The notes beneath the pieces are model-generated. The model searched no databases, had not been told where the DNA came from, and saw nothing but the letters and a program-made list of their open reading frames with translations. Shown here piece after piece: positions 1 to 12,090 of a stretch of 64,000 nucleotides of DNA (position 1 is its first letter; every line of letters starts with the position of its first letter). This stretch comes from Antedon mediterranea. Its lineage: Eukaryota > Animalia > Echinodermata. The stretch spans positions 6,160,101 to 6,224,100 of the forward strand of contig NC_092677.1 of assembly GCF_964355755.1 (NCBI RefSeq). Direction: 5' to 3'. Position numbers and translations under genes: made by a program.

Positions 1-105
1 AGTAAATACATCTACTGTATAATTAATATTTTTAAACAGTGTTTTTCTAATACAATATATTATTCCATTATTATTAGTACACAATGTTTTTATTTGCTTA
101 TTTAG

Positions 106-3100
106 GTCATCAATTTCACTATGCCAAACACATTAAAGCATTATGTACATAGGGTTGGCAGGACAGCAAGAGCAGGGCGATCTGGAAGGTATACACAAAT
201 ATGTTCTTCATACCACCATTAATGCCACCTTTTTAACAAATTTGTGTCCGTTATTGTCCACTCTAGTGGATTGTTTTGGCATCATTAAATGCATCTTCTA
301 TACTGTAGTTCAAATAAAGTAAGATTATTCTATAGGTAATGAAAATATCCCTCCTATTTAATAAATTATTAGATAATATGGAAGGAATTTTGCTAAAGTT
401 TTACTTTCTAAATTGTACAAATTTATCAGGTTATGAAACATATTTGTATTGTTTTTTTTTTAGATCTGTGACACTTGTTGGTGAAAAAGAAAGAAGGCTG
501 TTGAAAGAAATAGTTAAACGTGCCAAGCAACCAGTAAAGAGTAGGGTTGTACCACTGGGTAAGTTGATATGCTACTGTTACAACAATTAAACTTTTTATC
601 TATATTTCTAGACAAAAAAGAGAAAACCATAACAAGTCTTGACCTGTGAAACTTGCACAAAACATATTTACTTTCTATCTAATAAATTTGTTGCAAATCT
701 ATGAATGTGAAACCTATACACAATTGCAGGGTTTCAAAATTCAGTATAGTTTATATGGGGTATAAAGCACGGCGCACACTAGAGCTTTCGGCTGAGCCAA
801 CTGGCACGAGTAACACTTAGCTCACTAAAACATTTGCCGCAAATTGTGATCGCGTTCTATCGGACGCACACTAAACGCCTTCAGTACGCGATTTGCTGAT
901 TGGATAGTTACTTAATACGCTATACGGCACGCGCTGACAAATTATAATAAATTAGAACATGTCATGCGCAGTGGAATTTTTTAGTGAGCTATCTGCTTAC
1001 GTTCGGCGCACACTTGAGGAAAATGGCACGCGTATATAAATATTAAACATGATAGATATTTTCCTCAGCGGCACGCGTGGCCGATTCCTGACAAATTCCC
1101 CGGCGCACACTGTGAGCAAAGTGTTACTCGTGCCAGTTGGCTCAGCCGGAAGCTCTAGTGTGCGCCGGGCTTAAGGGAAGCGATCTCTTGTGTTTAATCT
1201 GTGCTGTGCATATCCATATGTCCTGTCTACACTGTCAAACATTATGTGACTAAAATGTGAAAATATTTGAGCATATCACTACCATATTTGGTACTAGTTA
1301 TTGTAGACAGAGCTTTAGAAAAAATCTTCCTGCTAGTAGTAAAAAATATATTTTATGCAATACCTAACTTTTGAACATTAAAAAGAATGAATACATTGCT
1401 CATAAAGATGTGGTGCAGATATCCAAATTAATAAACACTCAAATTCGATTGTACAGTACATACAAATAGAACTGATCAAATGCAAAATTTCATATTTAGA
1501 TGTGATAAAGAAATATTCAGACAAAATTGAGGGTATGGAAGATGATGTGGAGAGGGTAGAAACTATGGAACTGGAAGAGAAAGAACTCCGAACATCTGAG
1601 AACCAATTGAACAGAGCCAAGGCACTGCTAGATAATGACAGAAATGAAGACAAGCAGAAGAGAGTTTGGTTTCAGAATCATAAACAAAGAATGCAATCTA
1701 AAGGTGCTAGATACAATATTATAAATACTGAAGTTGTCTTTAAATGCAATTAAATAATTTATTTACTATTTATATAATGTACAGTAATTTATTTCATAGA
1801 GTTAATAGACAAATAGTAGAGGATGAGATCTGAAATCTTTAAATAAAGAATTTATTTTTTCTATTTTGTTAGTCAATCAAGTGCTAGACAAGGCTGCGTT
1901 AGAACGGAAAACGAAAAAGAAGAAAGGACAAAAATTTAACAAGGAAAAAGAAACTGTAGGTTATTTTTAGTTTACAAGTGTATCGTTTAACTTTCTATAC
2001 CTTGTTTAATGCCATTATATAGTATTACTACTTTGAATAAATAACATTTTATTTAAATAGTTCAGTAAATAAATTAACAATATTTTATTTATTACCATCT
2101 TTTGTTTGTTATTTAGTCGGAAGGAAGGGTGATGGTGGAAATAGAAAAATCTCAATTATTTGCTGCTAGAGCAGCTAAGCGGGATAGAAAGGGTAAACGT
2201 CTACGTGCCTATGATGAAACAGATGCACAATCAAACCATTCAGGTATGATTCTGTGTCTTGTTTTTAGAACCCTTTTTTACATTAGAAAGGGTAAACGTC
2301 TACGTGCCTATGATGAAACAGATGCACAAACTAACCATTCAGGTATGATTCTGTGTCTTGTTTTTAGAACCCTTTTTTACATTAGAAAGGGTAAACGTCT
2401 ACGTGCCTATGATGAAACAGATGCACAATCAAACCATTCAGGTATGATTCTGTGTCTTGTTTTTAGAACCCTTTTTTACATTAGAAAGGGTAAACGTCTA
2501 CGTGCCTATGATGAAACAGATGCACAATCAAACCATTCAGGTATGATTCTGTGTCTTGTTTTTAGAACCCTTTTTTACATTAGAAAGGGTAAACGTCTAC
2601 GTGCCTATGATGAAACAGATGCACAATCAAACCATTCAGGTATGATTCTGTGTCTTGTTTTTAGAACCCTTTTTTACATTAGAAAGGGTAAACGTCTACG
2701 TGCCTATGATGAAACAGATGCACAATCTAACCATTCAGGTATGATTCTGTGTCTTGTTTTTAGAACCCTTTTTTACATTAGAAAGGGTAAACGTCTACGT
2801 GCCTATGATGAAACAGATGCACAATCAAACCATTCAGGTATGATTCTGTGTCTTGTTTTTAGAACCCTTTTTTACATTAGAAAAGGTAAACGTCTACGTG
2901 CCTATGATGAAACAGATGCACAATCTAATCATTCAGGTATGATTCTGTGTCTTGTTTTTAGAACCCTTTTTTACATTAGAAAAGGTAAACGTCTACGTGC
3001 CTATGATGAAACAGATGCACAATCTAATCATTCAGGTATGATTCTGTGTCTTGTTTTTAGAACCCTTTTTTACATTAGAAAGGGTAAACGTCTACGTGCC

Positions 3101-6035
3101 TATGATGAAACAGATGCACAATCTAACCATTCAGGTATGATTCTGTGTCTTGTTTTTAGAACCCTTTTTTACATTAGAAAGGGTAAACGTCTACGTGCCT
3201 ATGATGAAACAGATGCACAATCAAACCATTCAGGTATGATTCTGTGTCTTGTTTTTAGAACCCTTTTTTACATTAGAAAAGGTAAACGTCTACGTGCCTA
3301 TGATGAAACAGATGCACAATCTAATCATTCAGGTATGATTCTGTGTCTTGTTTTTAGAACCCTTTTTTACATTAGAAAAGGTAAACGTCTACGTGCCTAT
3401 GATGAAACAGATGCACAATCTAATCATTCAGGTATGATTCTGTGTCTTGTTTTTAGAACCCTTTTTTACATTAGAAAGGGTAAACGTCTACGTGCCTATG
3501 ATGAAACAGATGCACAATCTAACCATTCAGGTATGATTCTGTGTCTTGTTTTTAGAACCCTTTTTTACATTAGAAAGGGTAAACGTCTACGTGCCTATGA
3601 TGAAACAGATGCACAATCAAACCATTCAGGTATGATTCTGTGTCTTGTTTTTAGAACCCTTTTTTACATTAGAAAAGGTAAACGTCTACGTGCCTATGAT
3701 GAAACAGATGCACAATCAAACCATTCAGGTATGATTCTGTGTCTTGTTTTTAGAACCCTTTTTTACATTAGAAAAGGTAAACGTCTACGTGCCTATGATG
3801 AAACAGATGCACAATCAAACCATTCAGGTATGATTCTGTGTCTTGTTTTTAGAACCCTTTTTTACATTAGAAAAGGTAAACGTCTACGTGCCTATGATGA
3901 AACAGATGCACAATCTAACCATTCAGGTATGATTCTGTGTCTTGTTTTTAGAACCCTTTTTTACATTAGAAAGGGTAAACGTCTACGTGCCTATGATGAA
4001 ACAGATGCACAATCTAACCATTCAGGTATGATTCTGTGTCTTGTTTTTAGAACCCTTTTTTACATTAGAAAGGGTAAACGTCTACGTGCCTATGATGAAA
4101 CAGATGCACAATCAAACCATTCAGGTATGATTCTGTGTCTTGTTTTTAGAACCCTTTTTTACATTAGAAAGGGTAAACGTCTACGTGCCTATGATGAAAC
4201 AGATGCACAATCAAACCATTCAGGTATGATTCTGTGTCTTGTTTTTAGAACCCTTTTTTACATTAGAAAGGGTAAACGTCTACGTGCCTATGATGAAACA
4301 GATGCACAATCAAACCATTCAGGTATGATTCTGTGTCTTGTTTTTAGAACCCTTTTTTACATTAGAAAGGGTAAACGTCTACGTGCCTATGATGAAACAG
4401 ATGCACAATCAAACCATTCAGGTATGATTCTGTGTCTTGTTTTTAGAACCCTTTTTTACATTAGAAAGGGTAAACGTCTACGTGCCTATGATGAAACAGA
4501 TGCACAATCTAATCATTCAGGTATGATTCTGTGTCTTGTTTTTAGAACCCTTTTTTACATTAGAAAGGGTAAACGTCTACGTGCCTATGATGAAACAGAT
4601 GCACAAACTAATCATTCAGGTATGATTCTGTGTCTTGTTTTTAGAACCCTTTTTTACATTAGAAAAGGTAAACGTCTACGTGCCTATGATGAAACAGATG
4701 CACAAACTAATCATTCAGGTATGATTCTGTGTCTTGTTTTTAGAACCCTTTTTTACATTAGAAAGGGTAAACGTCTACGTGCCTATGATGAAACAGATGC
4801 ACAATCTAATCATTCAGGTATGATTCTGTGTCTTGTTTTTAGAACCCTTTTTTACATTTATATATACTGTAATCTTGTAATTATATGCTAAGAATGTCTT
4901 AAAATTGAGAGATTTTTTAAACATTAATACAGTAATTATATTGATCGTCGTGAGGTGGTTTCCCGAATGATCGTAAAATCAAAACGGTACTGGGTATGAC
5001 CAACTAGCGTTATTGTCATCGTGAGGTGGTTTCCCGAATGATCGTAAAATCAAAACGGTACTGGGTATGACTAACTAGCGTTATTGTCACCGGCTAGTCA
5101 TCCATTCATAGAAGTACTAATGTAGTAGCCTACCTGTAACCATAGAATGTGACCCGAGGCATGGCTAACTACGACTTTTAGATGATAGAAAGTTGATTTT
5201 GATTTTACGATCTTTCGGGAAACCACCTCACGATGTAATTATATTGATTTGTCATTCGTTTTTAAAAGAATGGATGAATTCCTATATTTTTTGTATGCAA
5301 GATAAATTATTTACTTTTGAGATATTGTTGCAGATGAAATACTTGCCCATATTATTTATAACAATGATTAACAATTAATTTAATTTACACAGGTGCAAAG
5401 AAAAAGAAGATAAATAAGAAGACGTCATTTGATAATGAGCTAACAGCAACAAGCAAAAACGCTGTCAAACGATTTAGAAGCAAGTGAGTATGAGGTTCGG
5501 TTGTAAATAATAGAAGAGAAAGAATTTACAAATGTAGGCCTACAAAATGCAGTACATGATATATAAAATAGCAGGCTTCATAGACCTTTTTTAAAAACCT
5601 CTTCAATGGTACATGACGGTAACTATTAATATGACATCGTTTAGATGTTTTGCTGCATATTTTTTTTATAATTTTATTTCAAATCTCCATCTTCCAACAG
5701 AGACTTTTATTATCTACTTTATTTAACTAACAAGCAGACCTGTCAAGTCAAGTAGAATGAACATTGATTAAGTATTTTTCTTCCACAGAGCCAATGCCAA
5801 TATTGCAGAGAAATCAAGACAGGAAAAGAAATCCGGCAAGAAATCATCACAATCAAACAAAAGGTTAGGACCATTTTAGGCTTAAATACCAATAACAGTG
5901 TACAAAAGGCTTATTATATTTATATGGAGTTGACCTTGGTGTGTGACCTAAAAAGTTTATTTACCTTGAGTAATAGTAATATCAGAATTAATATTAAATT
6001 GTTTCTTTTACTTTTTCAGATACAACCGGAGGTAA
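106..6035 (+). CDS. DDX27: DEAD-box RNA helicase DDX27/DRS1, 3' part (5' end outside window)
   Basis: Exons 106-188, 464-558, 1500-1703, 1873-1955, 2117-2243, 5393-5483, 5789-5863, 6020-6035 join in frame with GT-AG introns. They give helicase motif VI ([19 protein letters not shown]), the DDX27-like KRVWFQ and SFDNELT segments, and a basic end RYNRR*. Confidence 0.92.
766..1171. mobile_element. PIF/Harbinger-type MITE in DDX27 intron
   Basis: About 60-bp near-perfect TIRs (agc(a/c)cggcgcacactagagctt...), TAA duplicated at 763-765 and 1172-1174, no ORF. Confidence 0.85.
1224..1316. mobile_element. Short MITE-like repeat (related copy at about 42973-43069)
   Basis: Inverted ends ctgtctacac...gtagacag. 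The core catatcactaccatatttgg recurs reverse-complemented in a TMPPE intron. Confidence 0.5.
2185..4857 (+). repeat. Tandem array, 27 x 99 bp, spanning a DDX27 exon 3' end and intron 5' end
   Basis: Unit tagaaagggtaaacgtctacg...cattcag|gtatgattc...ttttacat starts at 2185, 2284, ... 4759. It reads open as 33-aa repeats. Confidence 0.98.
4946..5235. mobile_element. Small TIR element with duplicated left end
   Basis: TIR c(g/a)tcgtgaggtggtttcccgaa-gatcgtaaaatcaaaa with its reverse complement at about 5197-5235. The first 71 bp are tandemly duplicated. Both flanks carry taattatattgat. Confidence 0.8.
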
Positions 6036-6521
6036 CCTTACAGAATTTCCAAAGGATGGCTATATTATATTTATCAAATACCTTACTTACTGTATTAATG
6101 CCCTATTTCCAAAAATAATTTTACATTTCTTTAATTTAGGATAAGAATGAAAGAAAAAGTAAAAGACAGAATAAAATATCCAGGAGGGAAAACATTTGCA
6201 CCACAACTACCGTCATATTTGTGGTTAGAACATGGTTAACATGTCTCTGTCAGAACAATGATAAAGTTAAAATTTATTCTGCCCTGCCATCAGAATAATT
6301 TAAAAAAAATACAGTAGTCGCATTGCTCTAATGCAAATACCAACTCATAAAATCATGTGATGATAATATGTGAATCAAGTTTCTAATTGGAGGATTTTCC
6401 ATGCATGATTACATGGGTTCAGGTTCAAGAGTACGATATTTCATATGTGCCAAACCACATGGCTATGGAAACCATGGAAACAAACGTGTGATCTGATTAA
6501 CGTAAACTATACTGTACATAA

Positions 6522-6661
6522 AGCTTGGTTCCCACTATGACGAAAACGCAAGGACGTAACGCAACGCAAAGTGATTTTACCAATCACAAGCGATAGATTA
6601 TTCGAACAGTCGCGTGTGATTGGTCAACTCGCTTGCGTTGCGTCCTAGTGGGAACCAAGCT
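6522..6661. mobile_element. Palindromic Harbinger-like MITE
   Basis: agcttggttcccacta...tagtgggaaccaagct with TAA on both sides. Related copies at about 35710-35902 and 37877-38027. Confidence 0.8.
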
Positions 6662-7424
6662 TAATGTATTAGGCCTACATTAAAAAAAAAGAAACCAAAC
6701 AAGAAGGGATATTGTGTACACAACTGGAAAAGAGAAATACGTGGCAGTATACATGTTTAAAATATAATTAAATGCCGCACAAAATCTTTCCAATTTAAAA
6801 CGTTAAAAACTGGCAGTGTTTACAATTAAAACTAAAATATTTTTGTCAACACATGAATTAAAGTAAATGCGTTGTATCTATAACCATTATTGTTTAGTAT
6901 CTTTTTAATGCATTGCTCAGATTGAAAGACGAATTGATAAATAGTGCATGATAAGTAAATGATATTTAGTAAATTAGCAGTCTTTAGCCACGTTCACCTA
7001 AGATTGTATCGTGATTAACTATCGGTCAAGGATCCTCTTTTCCCCTATTCACTTTAGTCCAGCAACTACTGTACGTTGTTGCAAGGGGGTCCGTCGTGAC
7101 TACCTGCAATATTTTGTAATAATTGTCTATGTCACGAGATTTAGTTGTTCGACCTCGAAATTGTGTTCTAGTATTTTGATATCTGTTTGGGCCATTTAGT
7201 AGCAGGCCTACAATGGTTTAAATATTGCTATTAATTCCAAAGAACAAAGACTAAATTACATTTGCATTTTGTTATTTACTTTGCATATGTTGGCTGGTTG
7301 ACTAATTCATAATAATAATATAAATCAAACGTTAGGTTAATGTAATTTGCGGGTATGGCTAATAAAAGCTCTTACTCTCAACTTTATGAGTCCACAATAA
7401 CCGTCGTTAAGCGAGTGCTACACG

Positions 7425-9376
7425 ATGTCTGAAGGATATATTCTTACGTCCTATCACGGTTACACCACCGACGATAAAACGTCCGGTGAAGACACTTCTA
7501 TCTCAAATAGCCATGTTTATTATGACAGTATTTCGGAAGTAAGTTTGTGGAGATCGGTATTCGCCGAGTTCTTGGGATTGACACTCCTGGTATTAATCTC
7601 AGCTGGAGCATCTGCTCCGTGGGATGAGCCGAACGCTCCAACAGTTTTCCAGATAGCTATCGCAAGTGGTTTGACGATAGCGACGTTGATCCACAACTTT
7701 ATGGCCGTCAGTGGAGCGCATGTAAACCCTGCCGTCACTATAGCTTTTATTGTAAGTCGAAAGATCAGTTTTCTGCGAGGTTTATTATACGTATTGTTTC
7801 AGTGTGCAGGGGCTTGTCTTGGCGCGGAAATCTTGAAAGCAGTTACACCGGACGAGATCTACGACAAAGCAAATGGCACGTTTGGATGCACTTTGCTGGC
7901 TGATGAAGTGTCTCTTGGACAAGGATTTCTTCTAGAGTTTATGATAACCTTCCAGTTGCTTTTGACAATCTTTGCAGCAAGTGATGAGGGTCGTACTGAC
8001 ATGAAAGGATCCATGCCGCTTACTGTTGGGTTGTCAGTTATATGTGGAGTAATCTTTGGAGTAAGTATCATCCGTAGTTTCCATCGCAATACACTTAAAT
8101 GGCCAGTATAGTCGAAACCCACATAGTCTCGGTGAAAGTTCCTCGTTTGCCTAGATTTGGGAATTTGTAAATCTTTATCGATGGCCTTTCTCCCCGCTAA
8201 AGTTTCTTTTCGGATTATTAATGTATGAGGGAATGTGTTTATAATGTAGAGTAACATATGCAGAATAACATATACATAACTGGCCAATAATAGCATCATC
8301 CAAATCAATCTACTTTAAAATCAATGCATCTTTCAAATTGTCGTGTATCGTCGTACCCGTTTTTTTTAGACAAATTAATAACATACGCTGAGATGAGTAT
8401 AATAACAATGAATGTGTTTAATGAAACCAACTAGTACTATTGATGAACAAGTATAGAACGTTCGTAGGCTAACCTATCGCCAGAGCATATGCGCAGTACG
8501 CATATATATGTGCGCGTGCATATACTACACAAATAGGTGTAAAATCAGTTATTGAAGTGTCACCACCCTTTACCAGATCAGTCAATTAATTATTAAAATA
8601 TTTGGCCTTTTAACTTGTAAATTATGAAGCTGATCAACAATAAAATAATATTTGTCATAATGTATGCGGTATTTGTTTCTTAAGAAACCAGTGCACCGGG
8701 GAATGAGTTTCTCAAACTATTCCTCCGGGATAATAATATTTCTAAACTATTATATTAGGCCTAATACCGTTCTCGGACACTGTCTTTTAACGTTGACTTT
8801 TATTGATTTTACAGCTTTCATACACGGGAGGGAGTATGAATCCTGCACGTTCCTTTGGTACAGCAGTAATCGCAGGTTGTTGGAAAGACCATTGGGTAAG
8901 TTTACGTTAAAACAAGTGTATACTGTTTAATTAATGCTTCCGTAATAGGGTGGGTGTGGTCGGCTGAGTGTAAAGAAGCAAACGTGGATGGATCTTATTA
9001 GAAACCGTCAAAGAAGAATGTTTATCATACAAATAATTAGGCCTATTAATAAAGAATATTTGTGGTGGCTATGGAATTAGGCCTACAATTTAACAACATA
9101 TGTTACCCAATAACTGATATTGACTTTATGTAATGATAAATAAATTATTCAAAAAGTTATGATATTCCGCTAATGAAATGATGTTTACTTGCGGGTATAG
9201 TTATGTTTAACTGCGGAGGTTAAAATAAATGTTTAGTCTAATTAATTAATTGATCAAATTGTTTCTTTTAGATATACTGGTTGGCACCTATCCTAGGCGG
9301 AATTGTAGGTGGTGTTATGTATGAATGCGGATTTTCACAAGCAAGATTAAGCACACGGCGTTCTTGTATGGCTTAA
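7425..9376 (+). CDS. Aquaporin (MIP family, AQP4/AQP1-like), about 273 aa
   Basis: Exons 7425-8060, 8815-8895, 9272-9376. Motifs [22 protein letters not shown] and [12 protein letters not shown]. Confidence 0.93.
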
Positions 9377-10255
9377 TAAAAAAAAAAAATACAGCTATTG
9401 TACAACTCTTGTTGTTCAGCACGCGCTCGACGTGCTTTAAAAAAAATATAATAATATGCGCAAGTTGTTATGCAGGGAGTAGATTTTTTTCCAATAATTT
9501 CTTTATACAAAACACACTAGTTTCAAAACTTTGTACAGTATATCCTAATTAAAGAAGGGTATACAACGTCACTCACAGGGGAAAGCTGGTGATACGTAAT
9601 TTTATTCTCTCAAAATAATGTAATAATGTTAAAACAGTTTCTTCCAAAATAGGGTAGGCCGAATGTAGATAATTTATCATACTGTACTATATTGAGTGTA
9701 CAGATAAAACGTTCCCTACCTCTAAAGTGATAATAAAAATGTTTTCCGATTTGTTACAATAATCAATGAGTTTGTACTGTAATCCACTGAAATTCTACTA
9801 GATCTTCCCTCATTTAACTATCAGGAAAAAAAGAGAAGTAGCAATAGCAATTAAGATTTATAAATTTTTATTAAAAATCGTATTTAATTGTGTAAGCCTA
9901 TAATACACTACAGATTTATTGTAAGACCCTATAAAATGGCCCTGCATATCATGTAAAATATATACAGTATCATGGTTTTTGTGCGCATATCCGTTGACAC
10001 AACATTTCCAAATATACAAAATATTTTTTAAATATCAAATGGAAATGGTAGCCTACACAAGAACATAACACAGTAGGGGCGTGTATGTGTGTAATCTCAT
10101 GTCCTATCGACAAAATTAAGTGCAGTATCGTCACTTCAATCAGGTTTTAGTTCAAACACGTTTACGTTGAGCAAGCACATCGTTTTAACGGTTACAACGA
10201 CACACAGACAGGCCTACCAACCAACTCGCTAGCAGTAGATGTATAACTATGTGTT

Positions 10256-11352
10256 CAGGCCCGTAGCCAGGGGGGTGGGGGGGTTATGGTTCGGGCGAAT
10301 CCCCCCCCCCCCATCCTTTACAGCGAACCCCCCTTAACCGACTGCGAACCCCCATCCCCGACATGCCCAATACCTCACCCTCATCTCCAAAAATCCTCCA
10401 AATACGTGCCCCACAGTACAAAAAGTTGTTTGTAAATTGAAAAATTCGTAAACTTGTTTGTGAACCTTCTTCTCTGTATGAGCGTCAACTAGCGATACGT
10501 GTCTGTAAATTTCTAAAAGCTGCAAATGAATTGCCGATTTTAACCTGAAAAGTAAATGTTTGGTCCCTGCATGTAACATGATATTGACGCGTCTCATAGC
10601 GAACTGGGGCACGAACGATTCGTACAAAGGACACCGCCAGACAACTGCGTACCTATAATTGTTTAGATCACTGGCAGTCAGGCAGCATGCATAAAGTATA
10701 TAGCCTTCCGACGTACATCAGTATTTATGTGTGACTATGAAGTATAATGTATCATAGAGGATTATAGTGAATATTAACATTTTACACTATAATATCTATG
10801 GTATCAAGTACTGTAGTTCACATTATGGCATCCGATTATTTTTGTCTAGACCACCAGCCGATACGTACTAAAATGTATCAATATCACCTATTTAAATATT
10901 TATATTCCTCAACAAATTGCTGTAAATAAATATTATAGATAGAGCTAGCAAATAGCATTTGCCTTCAACCAGTGTGCTTTTTTCGGGGCTGCTCCTAGAT
11001 GTACGTTCGCATTGAACTTGAACGCAAAACAAAATACGGAGTAAATGATCAAACAATCGGCGGTTCCGCACAGAGCACGCGCATCTAACATACGGCAACA
11101 AATAGTTATTGTCCTTTAAATTATCGACGTGTTTGAGAAGGAGGAAAAAAGTACGATCTTTTTGCTCATTGGTAGCATGCTGCACGAGAGTGTCTTTTCC
11201 GGCCATCTAGGGGTGTCATTTAACAAAATTCGCTTCGCATCAGGCCCCACCCCCAGGAGGGGGGGGGGGGGGGGGGGGGGGGGGTTGACCCAAATATTTA
11301 GTGTCCGATTTTTAAAGACCTAATAGGACCAGCTTTATGTAGCTTACAGGCC
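10256..11352. mobile_element. Degenerate hAT-like non-autonomous element
   Basis: Starts caggcccgtagccaggggg with G/C-run subtermini. A degenerate inverted end (gcttacaggccta) lies near 11350. No TSD found. Confidence 0.4.
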
Positions 11353-11580
11353 TACTTAATTATATGCACCTGAAAGCAGTGCCAAAATAAATGAAATGAT
11401 GGTTTGTATCAACTATTCAATATCTGATAGGGTGATCCATCCAGCACTTGCTGATCATTTTGGACCCTCAGGCAAGGCAATGAGAGTAAAGCATCTAGCC
11501 TAATGATGCAATTAGTATGGTACAGATAACCTTGAATCACATGCTAGTCCGATATTATCATTACACCATCACTCTCCGGT

Positions 11581-11664
11581 ATATACAGCACCCGCCGCTA
11601 TTTCTAGACGGTCTCCCATCCAGAACGCGACTGGGCCCAACGTTGCTTAACTTCGGTGATCTGA
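11581..11664 (-). pseudogene. 5S rRNA-derived fragment (3' part)
   Basis: Minus strand reads tcagatcaccgaagttaagcaacgttgggcccag...ggatgggagaccg...gggtgctgta, matching the animal 5S internal control region and 3' part with substitutions. Confidence 0.75.
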
Positions 11665-12090
11665 AATGTTAACATGTTATCACCACCATGATTGCATGAT
11701 GTGAACCAATTGACATACACAACAGTGTAAACCTCTGTTGCCAATAAGATTTATTGACACGTAAAATAAATAATACATTTTTTCAAAATATAATTTTGGT
11801 TTCATAAATTAGCAATCTAAATCTAATGTATAGTTTGATTGTATATCGTACATTTACATGTTGGTATAATTGCATCATATGATTGCACATAGTGAGTGAA
11901 TGATTGGAGTATGCAATGTATGATAGGTGATAGTATTTTACATTTTTTTTGTTGCTTATTATTTTCAATTATTCATAGTGTGACACCACATGCTTCCACT
12001 CCTGTTGGACACTCACTTCTTACACATGGGCACTATACTAATAACCTGTAACAAATTAATATTTTTTGCACTACATTAATTGTACCGAGT

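Noticed and set aside
2185-4857. CRISPR-like array
   Set aside because: The units are contiguous and near-identical with no unique spacers, the context is eukaryotic, and there are no cas genes.
2129-4891. 920-aa ORF as a stand-alone repeat protein gene
   Set aside because: It is a DDX27 internal exon read through the 99-bp array, with no independent start or promoter evidence.
7520-8308. Minus-strand ORFs of 72 and 149 aa
   Set aside because: Antisense shadows of the aquaporin exon.
11258-11284. Long poly-G run as a functional G-quadruplex
   Set aside because: It lies within a degenerate repeat subterminus, and homopolymer length is unreliable.
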